A stretch of 64,000 nt of DNA from Squalus acanthias (taxonomy: Eukaryota): positions 115,074,001 through 115,138,000 of the forward strand of contig CM059431.1 of the NCBI GenBank assembly GCA_030390025.1, written 5' to 3'. A program made the translations under genes and the position numbers. The notes beneath the pieces were generated by a model. The model searched no databases and was not told where the DNA came from. It saw nothing but the letters and a program-made list of their open reading frames with translations. Shown here one piece after another: positions 12,533 to 24,330 of the stretch; position 1 is the stretch's first letter; each line of letters begins with the position of its first letter.

Positions 12533-12623
12533 ATGCTCAGGTTCCTTGCCTTTCTGCTATTCGTAGTTCCTCCTATCAATCACGGCCTGATGGCTGTGAC
12601 CGACTACCCTCTCAAGGTACACT
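12533..12623 (+). CDS. Candidate first coding exon encoding a signal-peptide-like N-terminus (MLRFLAFLLFVVPPINHGLMAVTDYPLKVH..)
   Basis: Basic residue followed by a hydrophobic stretch. Donors AAG|GTAC (after 12616) and CACT|GTAAGT (after 12623). Local CpG patch at about 12460-12490, in unique sequence. Confidence 0.35.
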
Positions 12624-15479
12624 GTAAGTCCTGTAACTTTGAACGGAAATCATGGCTGGAACACAACAGAGCAGCGAATTCACGGCACAGAGGAATTCAA
12701 TTTGCACCAAGTCGCTGGTGCAGAGTTTAATTAAATCATGCACGAATTTTCAGCCTAAAAGTAGATTATATATCGTTTATTAGAGACAACCTGGTTTAGA
12801 TTTATTTTAACAAGCAGCTTTCAAGAGAACTGAAGGCATTTTTTGCTAAACAGCGCACCAATTAAAAAGTATCTAATGACTGGGATTTTCGTGCTAACTC
12901 GTGCCGGTTTGTCGGAGTTTTACAAGAAAAGTATTTTTTTTCCCACTAGGATTGGAGATTATTAATATCAACCAATTAGATTGGTTGGATGCTGGGACTG
13001 CAGTCTGTTAGAAGCAATCAATCAGACATCATTTTCTCCAACTGTTGGTTGCACAGGAATTTGAAGCAGAAATGTTTTCAGATAAGAGGGTGGTTTTGAA
13101 AAGTTGCAATGACAGGTGTGTTTATTTAGTGTTTGCCCCAACAGAAGTCATATATAACAAATAAGCTGCTAAAATGCTGCTTTTAAAACTAAACTCATTT
13201 CCTCAGGAATTTCTGGACTATGTTTGACAGTTGTCTTAAGTGAAGGTTTATGTTATAGACTAGTTACAGTTGTTTTTTTAAGGTAAGGAGGATGTTTTAA
13301 CAGAGGAACAGGCGGGTTCATAGTTTGGTATGTTGTTTAAAATAGTTAAATCAGCATACCTTCATTTCAGGTAACTCCACACCTGTCTCTGGGTTGCCAT
13401 GTCATACGGACCAGGGAAAGATGCCATTCTGACCTAGTTTTGTCTGTATTCTCATACAAGCTGCTTGTGGCTTCGTAGATGTATTGTAACAGATTTCAAT
13501 TCACAAATTAACATTATTGGAGGAGGGCAGGATTTCCATGGGGGTTCTCCCACTCACACACCAAAGCTTCGTTGACGCTTTTGTGCTGTTGGTAGATCCA
13601 TCTTGGGATCCAGTGCTCACTATTCACCATCTTGAACAATGGGTAGTGGGTATTCCCGAGTTTGATATTACGGCTTTAGACAGCTCAAGAGTGGATCTCT
13701 GAAGGTATTGAGTAGAAGTTACAAGGGTTATATGATCCAATTGCTAAATCATACTGATACCTGCGGGTCTGGGTAGAAACCAACTTTAGCCTTAACACAA
13801 ACCTTTGAGACTTTGCTCATAAGGGGCTAAGAGTACATTGGTTGTTTCTTTAACTACAGCAAGCTTCCAATGCAGGTTAAGATATGCCCAAACAGTTCTC
13901 CTTCATGGTTCAGAACTCCCAGGCATGCTAAAGTGCTTCCTCTGACCTTTGTGTGAGATCCAGGACCATGCTGTGAGGTGGATTTGCAGCAAAGCGGGGA
14001 AACAGTTGCAAGGAGAGTTCAGATCTACACCAACCTGCAAAGAGCACCCTGGAGGATGAGTTAGCCTCACACAGGCACATCTTTTTGTCCAAACCCCTCA
14101 CATTAGAACCTGAATTACACAGTTTGCGTTGAGTAAGCCTGATGCAAGGCATTGGACTTGAATGTCGAGAACATCAAAGTGACTGGGTTGATATAAACTG
14201 CCCTGTGTAGGTCCTTTCAGAATGCTGAAGGTAAAGGAAGGAACTGCAAGACATGGGATGACAGGAGAGTATATATTGTGATACACAAGTTATCGCAATT
14301 GTGTGAGACAGGCTCGATGGACCAGAGGGTCTTTACCTGTCCATCATTGTTTGTATGCTGAAAGGTTTTAGCTGGAAGCCAGGTATGAGAATACAGACAA
14401 ATCTATCCAGGGTTCAGTGCCTACTTTGATTGGGTTACAGATAGGCAAATTGCTGCTTGAAGCTCCATACCTCCAACTGGTGGAACCAGCTTTCATTGGG
14501 ATATGGTGTATTTATGCTGCAGTTAGGAGGATGGTGACAATGCATACATTTTATGATGAATCCTATTGCTCACCATGAAACCCATAAGGAACTCCTGATA
14601 CTTGCTATCTGTCTAGTGAGGGCTCATACTTGTATTTGCCAGCCTAATGACCAATTATGGACTATCATCCTTAGGAGGAGTTACCACCCCGCTCCCCCCC
14701 CTCAAGATGACGTGCTTTTCAGTGGAAGATTGGAATGAAGTCTGTGAGCCAGCCAGGTCTGGAGTACTCGAGGCACTGTTGATGGTTGACCATCCAGCCT
14801 GGCTCATCATGCTAGGAATCTTCGTACTTGTCTCCAGATAACCATGTTAACCAATGCCTTAATGGGTAGGGTGTCCTGACTAGATAAGTAGTAAGGTAAC
14901 TAGTGCTCTGTGCATGATAGTCTGTACAGCTTCAGGTGATTAAGTTCCAACAGTATCCAAGCACACACTTGAGGGCCCCTAAGCCTTGGTTCTTGTGAAC
15001 TTGTACTTAAGTTGTCTGGACTTGGGTAACTGGGAGTAACGTGTGTTCTTATGGGGCAAACACAGACTGTACCTGTATGGAATTTTCAGTAGCTTGGTTT
15101 GAAAACTCTTAAGCATGGTGATGGATTTCCATGTGTGTCAAAATGCCTTTCCAAAAACAAAAGAAAAATTCTGATATTACATTTTAGAAAATTAGCATAG
15201 TTTTGAGGTTTGGACATTTTTCTGTAATTTAGTCATTAATTATTTATTCTAGCTACCAAATTGAAGTGATCCTGGAGACTGATTTGCTGTTAATTGTAAG
15301 TATGTAAATTTACCAGTGAAATCTCCATTGGTGCTTTTTATTCAGCCTGTCTAGGGCCCTGGGGTTGGGAGCATGCCCTATTCTAGAGGAGGTAGACCCA
15401 GTGCTAGAGAATTGCTTTGCAGTTGCTCTGGAACCAGTGTCGCTTGAGAGAAAATCTGCAGGTCTGAGAAACAGGGCAC

Positions 15480-15845
15480 TAATCCAGAGAGAGGAACCTG
15501 TGGGTACAATCTGACAGAGAGGAGATTAATCCAGGCAGAGGGATGTACAGGTACAGTCTGACAAAGGGCATTACCCCAGACAGAGGAATCTGAAGATACA
15601 GTCTGATAGAGGGCATTAACCCATTCAGAGGAATCTGAAGATACAGTCTGATAGAGGGCATTAACCCATTCAGAGGAATCTGAAGATACAGTCTGATTGA
15701 GGGCATTAACCCATTCTGAGGGATCCTAAGATACAGTCTGATAGAGGGCATTAACCCATTCAGAGGGATCCTAAGATACAGTCTGATAGAGGGCATTAAC
15801 CCAGTCAGGGATCTACAGGTACAGTCTGACAGAGGGCATTAATCC
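15480..15845. repeat. 45-bp minisatellite, about 8 units with degenerate outer copies
   Basis: Unit GAGGGCATTAACCCATTCAGAGGAATCTGAAGATACAGTCTGATA, seen as a 15-aa repeat in ORF 15479..15796. Confidence 0.95.
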
Positions 15846-15862
15846 TCTGTTAATGAAGGGAT

Positions 15863-16073
15863 AAAATTGAGAGGTCGCACAACACCAGGTTATAGTCCAA
15901 CAGTTTTATTTGAAATCACAAGCTTTCGGAGCTATCGATCGCCCCTTCCTCAGGTGAAGGGGCGATCGATAGCTCCGAAAGCTTGTGATTTCAAATAAAA
16001 CTGTTGGACTATAACCTGGTGTTGTGCGACCTCTCAATTTTGTCCACCCCAGTCCAACACCGGCATCTCCGCA
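15863..16073. mobile_element. Penelope-like pLTR insertion forming a perfect 86-bp inverted repeat, with a 14-bp TSD
   Basis: Arms at 15863-15948 and 15956-16041 are exact reverse complements. TAATGAAGGGATAA occurs at 15851-15864 and 16074-16087. Confidence 0.85.
15916..15957 (-). ncRNA. Minimal type I hammerhead ribozyme motif
   Basis: Minus strand reads TCAC-CTGAGGA-A-GGGGC(GATCGATA)GCTCC-GAA-AGCT-T-GTGA: stem I TCAC/GTGA, cores intact, palindromic stem III. Confidence 0.7.
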
Positions 16074-17153
16074 TAATGAAGGGATAAGCAGTTACAGTTG
16101 AAAATGTCAGAAAGTGCATTAATACAAAGGCCCTGAAACCGATGAAGCTGGAAAAGGTGGAAAGTCTGATTTTCAGCTCGTTGGGCCACCAGAAATTTGG
16201 GGCAGAACCCAATAATGCTGGGATTTCGCCTCATATGTACTGGCCCATTTAGTTCTGGTGGGGGGCCACAATGGACCTTCTGCCCACTCCCAACCCCCCA
16301 CCCCCCATGCCATGGGGACGCGGCTGAGGAAATTCTCAGACGTCCCCGGGAACTTCCTCCCAGTCCAGCCGCTGAGAATAGGCATAGGTTCCATTATGGG
16401 TCCAGTGAAGGCCCAAACGTGCAGGAGGGAGCAGGTAATCAGTCCCAGAGATGGCCTTTGGGAGCTGCAGAGTTAAGCCAGACTTTGTCTGGCGAGTTGT
16501 GAAATGTTTTTGTAATGGTCATATCTCATGCAAGTCATGCGATAGCGTGTTTTGTCATGCTTCACTTCATTGCATCGTAGGTTTGTAAACAAGTGAAAAA
16601 AGTCTTCTCAGCATCTTTTCACACATTGTTGTTTTAAAGGCAGTGTCTCTTTTCCAATAATCAATTGTATTTATTAAATCATGTGGTCAGTATAATTATG
16701 CTTAAAAGATAAATTGATCTGACTTAAAAATATGACAGGACTTCACACAGACAACCTTTCAAGAATTGATCAATAGAAAGAGTCCAGGAAAAGGGTACTT
16801 CAACTTTAAAGCAGGGTGTAATTTCTCTAAATGTCCTGGTGATAAATCAGTTAGGATGGAGTCAGATTATTACCCTTTTTATCAGAGTACCCTATGGTGA
16901 GCTATAAAAGAAATGGGTTTAATTATGGCCGTTGAGGCTGGATTGCTGCTATCTGGGTCCGCTTGAATGTAAACAGAACAGCTCTTTCATTCATTAGTGG
17001 GTGTCTGGGAGGAATGTTCTCTTCTTCCTCCTGCACACTTTGCAGGGGGACAGCGCTCAACTGGAGTGAACTTTGAAATTAGAGTAACAATAGCATTCTG
17101 TAGGAACAGCAAGAGGAAGTGGGACAGACGACATCGCCCACTTAACCGCAGGG

Positions 17154-17486
17154 TGAACTTTTGCCCTTGAGTGACCAGTGCTGCTGGAGCTTAGGTCAAA
17201 AGGTGAAAACTGACAACAAAAAAGTGGCTTCTGAATGAAAGAGAAAATGACAGGTTCTTCATTTCTCAACGCTGAGTGGTCATAAACACCCCGATGAAAG
17301 GACTGCTGTGATTGGATGGGGTGATCAATACTGATGTATTGTCCTTTATATGAATGAGGAAATGCACTGGCAATTTTTTTTTTCAGTTGCAAAAAAATAT
17401 AAGCCTTGGATATAGATAAAGGGCCAGTCAGTCGCTGTTGATTTGTATAAAGGTTGAAGAATGACTTTGCTTTGACCTCATGCCCT
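17154..17486. promoter_or_regulatory. Candidate retinoic-acid/nuclear-receptor enhancer with three DR2 elements plus Pbx-Hox and Meis motifs
   Basis: TGAACT-TT-TGCCCT at 17154-17167, AGGTCA-AA-AGGTGA at 17193-17206, TGACCT-CA-TGCCCT at 17473-17486; TGACAG at 17248; TGATNNAT at 17322 and 17332. Confidence 0.55.
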
Positions 17487-18642
17487 CTGGCATCACAGGT
17501 GGTGCATGAACACAATGAGGGCTCGGATGTGACTGCTGCTGTGGGCATTTTACACAGGCAAGATTGTAAATTTGTCTATTTATGAGTGTCCTGCCGTGTT
17601 CCTATCACTCCAGTAGACAAAGGGTGAGCTCTGTGCGAACAAAGCATATCCATAAAGTTTTCTGTTGCTGCTTGTGTTCTTCACGATGCTGCAATAAATG
17701 ACATGGTGTGCCATTTCCTCGATTCGGTATTTTGTCTGAGTTTTTGCAGCGATAGGGTAGGTATGGAAATTTGCACCTGCAGCCAGACATTGTGAGGTTG
17801 TTTAACTGGTGGCATCTCTGGTATGATAAGACAAAAATAATGGACGTTATTGTATATTTGTGTCAGCTTTGGGGGCCTGTGTTCTCTAAAACACAAGAAA
17901 ACAACCAGCTCTAATAAACCTGTCACCCTCTACTCAGACTGTTAACATCCATTCGACATTTCTGTTTGGCCTATTTTGGATTGCTCTAGCACCTGACCAC
18001 CATCATCATCTGAGTCAGATCAAATTGAGTGACAGCTCAGTAATGCGGAGGGTAATAATTACTGGCATTGTGGAGATCCACAAAATGGCGTTACTTTAAA
18101 CTCATTTTACGTTATGTTGATCCAGTTTGACGCTTTCAAAGCTTCATGCTATTCTACCTTGATGTATCAGGACGGGGCTGTTGAATCCTATCATGTCATT
18201 GTCAATGCTGTTTGGCACTGATGGATGCACCCTTTGTGGGGGTGGTAGAATAGGTAGTCCTGTTGACCAATTTGTTCTGCCCCGAACACTCTACCATGGA
18301 GAACGCCCCATGTAGCAGCCTGGCCGAGAAACAGTGAACTGTGCTCATGGAAAGTATCCGTTTTTGAACAAAGGCTTTAGTACACTTATGATACATGAAT
18401 AATTAGAGTGAATACTGTGAGAATGTGGGAATGCTATATTGCGTCAGTCTTGCAGAAGGGAAAATAAACTACAATGAAAACTCTTACTTGAAATTCACAG
18501 AACACAGAGAAAATATGAAACAGGTAAGGTAAGGATTACATGCAGATCATGAAGAATTTTATAATCTTTGTTTCTGATTCATTTGCGTGCACAGCAGCTC
18601 AAAGTTGTCTGTATATTTCCAGTTTCTTCTTTCCTCTCATCA

Positions 18643-18935
18643 CAACAACAACTAGCACCTTTGACACAGTAAAACGCACAAGGTACGTCACAGGAGCGTG
18701 ATCAGACAAAATATGCCAACAAGGCACATAAGGAGATATTAAGAGAGGTGTCCAAAAGCAAAGAGATAAGTTGTAAGGAGTGACTTAAAGGAGGAGAGAG
18801 GTAGAGAAGGAGAGGCTTAGGGAGGGAATTCCCGATCTTAGGGCCTAGGCAGCTGAAAGTACGGCTGGCAATGGTGGAGCGAAGGAAATCGGGGATGCGC
18901 AAGAGGCCAGAATTGGAGGAGCGCAGAGATGTCGG
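18643..18935 (-). mobile_element. L2 LINE 3' fragment
   Basis: RSTIASRTFSCLGPKIGNSLPKPL; similar to 32038-32350. Confidence 0.8.
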
Positions 18936-19339
18936 ATGATCACAGTGGTGACTTGTGCTGGATTACAGTTCCACCGATGATGGCAGCCCTTCAGTACCTC
19001 ACCAAATAGCCATTTTTCATATGAGTATCTGGAAAATGAGGTGTCATTAGCTCCTTTAATTCCAGGGAGCATCACAACCAAGTCTAATCCTTTCCTCATC
19101 TGGCAAAAGGTTACTAATTCGGCACAAAGTGTCACTTGTACAACACTCATATGCAGCACCATTAGACAATTGTGGCAAAGACTGCAGGTATTTTCCATTA
19201 CTTCTGGAGAAGTCGCAGACTGTTGTGGATATGCATTGGTAATCTCTGATACTAAATCTGATCCGAATGTTTGAAAGCTATTTTCATTTTCATGGGGTTT
19301 GGTTATAGCAGAGTGCTCAAAGATGAGCCACATGTTTTG

Positions 19340-20224
19340 CTTAAATAGTGATAGACTTCAAGAAGACATAGACAGGCTGGTGAAATGGGCGGACACGTGG
19401 CAGATGAAATTTAACGCAGAAAAGTGCGAAGTGATACATTTTGGTAGGAAGAACGAAGAGAGGCAATATAAACTAAAGGGTACAATCCTAAAAGGGGTAC
19501 ATGAACAAAGAGACCTGCGAGTATATGTGCACAAATCGTTGAAGCTGGCAGGGCAGGTTGAGAAAGCAGTTAAAAAAGCTTATGGGATACTGGGCTTCAT
19601 AAATAGAGGCATAGAGTACAAAAGCAAGGAAATTATGATGAACCTGTATAAAACACTGGCTCGGCCTCAACTGGAGTATTGTGTCCAATTCTGGGCACTG
19701 CACTTTAGGAAGGATGTGAAGGCCTTAGAGAGGGTGCAGAAAAGATTTACAAGAATGATTCCAGGGATGAGGAACTTCAGTTATGTGGATAGACTGGAGA
19801 AGCTGGGGTTGTTCTCCTTGGAGCAGAGAAGGTTGAGAGGAGATTTGATAGAGGTATTCAAAATCATGAGGGGTCTAGACAGAGTAGATAGAGAGAAACT
19901 GTTCCCATTGGCGGAAAGGTTGAGAATCAGAGGACACAGATTCAAGGTGATTGGCAAAAGAACCAAAGACGACATGAGGAATAACATTTTTACGCATTGA
20001 GTGGTTAGGATCTGGAATGCACTGCCTGAAAGGGTGATGGAGGCAGACTCAATCGTGGCTTTCTAAAGGGAATTGGATAAGTACCTGAGGGGAAAAAAAT
20101 TGCAGGGCTACGGGGAAAGGGCGGGGGAGTGGGACTAGCTGAAGTGTTCTTGCAGAGAGCTGGCACGGGCTCGATGGGCCGAATGGCCTTCTTCTGTGCT
20201 GAAACCATTCTATGATTCTATGAT
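19340..20224 (+). mobile_element. CR1 LINE, 5'-truncated (RT C-terminus and 3' UTR)
   Basis: LQEDIDRLVKWADTWQMKFNAEKCEVIHFG...[11 protein letters not shown]; ends in ATTCTATGATTCTATGAT. Confidence 0.95.
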
Positions 20225-20329
20225 AATAAAAATTGCTGTCAGTGATAGTGCTTTAATAAAATAAGAGTGAGAATGCTGCAAATATTACCTGTACTGAAAG
20301 GAGCAATCTTCAACTGAGACTTATGAAGG

Positions 20330-20810
20330 CTCAACACTGATGGTGGAGCTGAAGGAGAGGGTTCACAGTTAGCCAGAGTTGGAAGAGCAGAAGGTGTAAG
20401 CAGAGACATAAGACTGGAGAAGGTTCCAGTGGTGGGCAGGATTGAGGTCGTTGAAAGACTTGTAGGCGAAAACAAGAATTTTGACGTGAACGCACCGAGG
20501 GCTGGGAGCCAGCGGAGGTTGTCAATGATGACGGTAATAGATGAATGGAAATTAGTTTGGGATAATAAGCGTTTGGTGGAGTCTATGTAGGGTGCGGCTT
20601 AGGAGTCCAGTAAGGAGAGCATTGGAAAAGACAAACCTGGAGATGATGAATGTCTGGATAAGGGCTTCAGTGACATTGGGACTGAGGTAGGGATTGATAC
20701 AGGAAATATTTTGGAGGTGGAAGTAGGCTGTCTTTATGATGAACTGTGTGTAGGGTTTGAATAGTGTTAAACTAATGCTCAGTGTAATACTGAAAGGATT
20801 TAACATAGAG
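20330..20810 (-). mobile_element. Decayed L2 fragment
   Basis: KTAYFHLQNI...EALIQTFIISRFVFSNALL. Confidence 0.7.
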
Positions 20811-22699
20811 GGCCAGCTGTATCCTCATGGAACTTGGCCCACCTATCTATAAATGATTCAGGAGACTGAAACTGTGCTCTTGATCAACATTTTGTCTTGG
20901 GATGTTGAGAGGAACTGCTCTCAGGGAAAGTGGTTCTGTGCATCACACTCGAACTTCAGTAGGCTGACATTCATTCTTCCATTTTTTTTAGGTTTAGTAA
21001 ATTAGTGGATGCAAATGCAATTGAGGAGGAACTCAATTTAAAACCACATCTCTCATGGTAAAGGTCCTGACTTATTCATTGGGTTTTGTCTAGAGAGAAT
21101 GGTTCACCCACTCCAGCTTAGGCACTGATACACTGCAAAGGTCGCACTGTTTGTTACACTGTTGAAGTAAGTGATGTAACGGTGGCTGTGAGACATGCAT
21201 CAGATATCAACTAGCGTCATTTTGCCAAATGTAAATATGGGTTTAATGTACTTGAGTAAGTTTCCAATCAGATTCCCACTCAATGCAAATAGATCATAAG
21301 GTAAGAACACTTCAGTATCATCATATTTTTGGTTATAACTTGAAATCACGATGAGTATGTGACGATAATTACAGACAACTGCACAGAACATGGTTCTAAA
21401 CATTGTCATTCGGCTCTGCCTATCCTTCTGAAGTAAACCAAAAGCAGCTTACTGCATTATGTTGTACGAGGAAACCTATAGGAGATATTGGCTGTTCTGT
21501 CTTCATTCAAGAAATGATGAATCATTCAGATAATGAGTCAACAAGAAAAATATAATTAATGACTAATGATTCAGAAGTGTTCATCCCTAAAAATTAATTA
21601 TCTCACAACCTATCTGTCTTATCTAAACAAAATGAACTACGTTATTTAATGTTCGAAACTAGTAGCAGTGATTTTCTCGGAATTACTGTAGCTTTAAGAG
21701 AATGTGTTTTGTTCTACGCATTAATTTACAGCACAGCACAGTATAAAGATAGGAGCTAAATGCCTTCGCACAATGCTTTTAGGGCAGGTGACCTTGACTC
21801 GTGCTCACATTAATCCTGGTGTGTTACTCACTTAAATTCATTATTGCGTAACCAGTTCAATTTGCAGGTGAGCTGTCATTTGGCCCACTGTGTTTTTCTT
21901 TGGCCACCCTTGCCCTTTCACTGCTCTGATCCACTGACCTTGTCCCATCTGTCATTTGGCACAGGTGGCAACTCGAGGCTTATAGTGACCCAGCGGGTCA
22001 GCTACAGAATTCCTATCCACACCAGCCAAGTGCCCTATCCTGTTTATACAATGTCCTCCCTGGAGGCCAAATGAACAGTAAAGAGAGAAAATGGTCTGGT
22101 GAACAAAGGCCATCAGGCCTTTTATACAGGGAGGTCATCATTTCTTATGTAAGGAAAAGTTCTCGTTACCATGACTGCCAGAAACACAAAGAGAAAATAA
22201 AGGCGGCTGTAAGGAACTTTACAAAGTAATTTGCACAAGTGAAACAGTCTACAGGAACTCATTGCATGAGTACCTATATAGTATTTCAATTAAAAGGCTG
22301 ACCCGGTAAGCTTCTAAGCATGTGCTTTATACTTTTTGATAAGGTTGTTTTAAGGTTCCAGCAACATGCTAGTGATATTGTTGTGTTGCCAACATGCTCA
22401 GGTTTTCAATACCTTGTTTTCCGTTCATTTCAACGAAAAATATACCAGTTTAAAAGAGTATCGTTAAAACACTCTAGATCTTTGCTGAAGTGACTCTGGA
22501 ATGTTTCTGGTGCAAACAAAAGCCAAACTAACATGACTGGTGCCCAACAGCTGCTGCAGTAATAATGAACAGGACCTTCTCAGGTGCATTGCACTTGTTA
22601 ATGTGATGATGTCAATAGCACGCTCTGAGCACATTCCAGGGTCATTCAGACAACAAGAATCAGCTTATGTTATCAAAACTACCTTATTTAGATCCCAAT

Positions 22700-22937
22700 C
22701 CTATTTTTTACGTAGCGAGTGATTAGGATTTGGAACGCACTGCCTGATCGGGTGGTAGATACAGGTTCAATAGTACTTTCAAAAGGGAATTGGATAAATA
22801 TTTGAAGGAAAAAAAATTGCAGGGATACGGGGAAAGAACGGGGGAGTGGGACTAACTGGATTGCTGTTTGAAAGAGTCGGTGCAGACTCGATGGCTGAAT
22901 GGCCTCCTTCTGTGCTGTACTATTCTATGATTCTATA
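22700..22937 (+). mobile_element. CR1 3' end fragment
   Basis: Matches about 19985-20222 and has the ATTCTATGATTCTA tail. Confidence 0.85.
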
Positions 22938-23064
22938 ATTATCAATTGAGTTTCGTTTGAAACTTTTTAAGAGAATTTTTTAAACTCCAAGGAGGTTTAA
23001 TTCCTCTTCTCAATAACTTTAGCAAAACAGCCAGCATAAGTGAACCATGAGAAATCTGTTTTAC

Positions 23065-23397
23065 ACAGAGTTTACAGGAGTGAAACAGGCCATTCGCCCC
23101 ATCTGGTCCATGCGAGTGTTTATGCTCCACATGAGCCTCCTCCCACCCTACTTCATCTAACCCTATTCTATTCCTTTTATTCCTATCTCCCTCATGTACT
23201 TATCTAGCTTTGGCTTAAATGCATCTATACTATTCACCTCAACCACTTCCTGTGGTAGCGAGTTCCACCATCTAACCATTCTCTGGGTAAAGAAGTTTCT
23301 TCTGAATTCCCTCTTGGATTTCTTGGTGACTATCTTATATTGATGGCCTCTAGTTTTGCTCTTCCCCACAAGTGGAAACGTCTTCACTACATCTATT
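23065..23397 (-). mobile_element. CR1 3' end fragment
   Basis: FPLVGKSKTRGHQYKIVTKKSKREFRRNFFTQR. Confidence 0.9.
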
Positions 23398-23621
23398 TAG
23401 TACTCATGTTGTCTCATATTTTTGATAAAATTATCCCAAATTACCTCTCAAATTGATCCATTTACAGGCTGCTCACCACCACACTTGAGCCTTTAGCTTA
23501 GAGGTAGCATTCCCACCTTTGAGTCCAGTGTTCAAACCCTGTTCTCGACAGTTCTGGTGAGTGAAGACCGGAGCTCCGCTCTGAATTCTGTGTTGACGTC
23601 CAGTGAGTGTATCCACATCTG

Positions 23622-23650
<29 letters not shown>
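23622..23650. repeat. (GT)n microsatellite
   Basis: About 14 GT units. Confidence 0.95.
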
Positions 23651-23654
<4 letters not shown>

Positions 23655-24024
23655 GCACCACGCTCTCCACCCGCACCGCCCCCCCGCCCCCCATCGTATG
23701 GGCTATGGATCCCATAAAACCCTCATGCAGTATAGGACTAACCACCCTATTGGCTGGCATAACAATGGTTATGGCCATGGAAGAAGCATTCATGTTGTGG
23801 CCTGTCAGCATACAAATCCTTCCACTATGACACAACATCCTCCAAGGAAAGAGTGTAAAGATATGGAAAAAAAAATCACCACACTTAGAAGCAGAAAAAA
23901 AGGACTGGCTATGTATTTTTCACGGTCACTATCGCTACCAGTGGTTTTCAAACTTATCTATATGGGCGACCCCTGCAAATATTAACAGAGTCCCAGGAAT
24001 CCCTGCCTAATTTCCAAAAGTCAG

Positions 24025-24330
24025 TCAGCTACACCTTAAGTGCCTGTGTGCTGTCATATTGCTTGTCCCACAACCAGTGTTGGATGAACCGTAACTTCTT
24101 CCAACTCAACATTGGAAAGACTGAAGCCATCGGCTTTGGCCCCCTCCTCAAAGACTGCTGCTTTGTCACAAATTCCATTCTCCTCAGGCTCAACCAGATT
24201 GTCTGCTGAGATGAGTTTCTGACCACATATCTTCTCCAATGTAAAGACCACCTACTTCTACTTCCACAATATTTCCTGCCTCTGCTCCTATTTCAGTCCC
24301 ATTATAGAGTGCAATGTGTATGGTCTGCTT
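24025..24330 (+). mobile_element. Decayed L2 RT fragment
   Basis: AACTTCTTCCAACTCAACATTGGAAAGACTGAAGCCATC (NFFQLNIGKTEAI). Confidence 0.6.

Noticed and set aside
15479..15796. ORF with 15-aa repeats, or a CRISPR-like array
   Set aside because: It is the translation of a 45-bp tandem minisatellite. There are no unique spacers or cas genes, and the context is eukaryotic.
19299..20000. 233-aa ORF as a host gene
   Set aside because: It is the C-terminus of CR1 ORF2 in a 5'-truncated copy. The same applies to 53688..54269, 46978..47601 and 63399..63803.
23490..23620. tRNA gene
   Set aside because: Only a degenerate SINE-head-like A/B-box remnant, with no cloverleaf.
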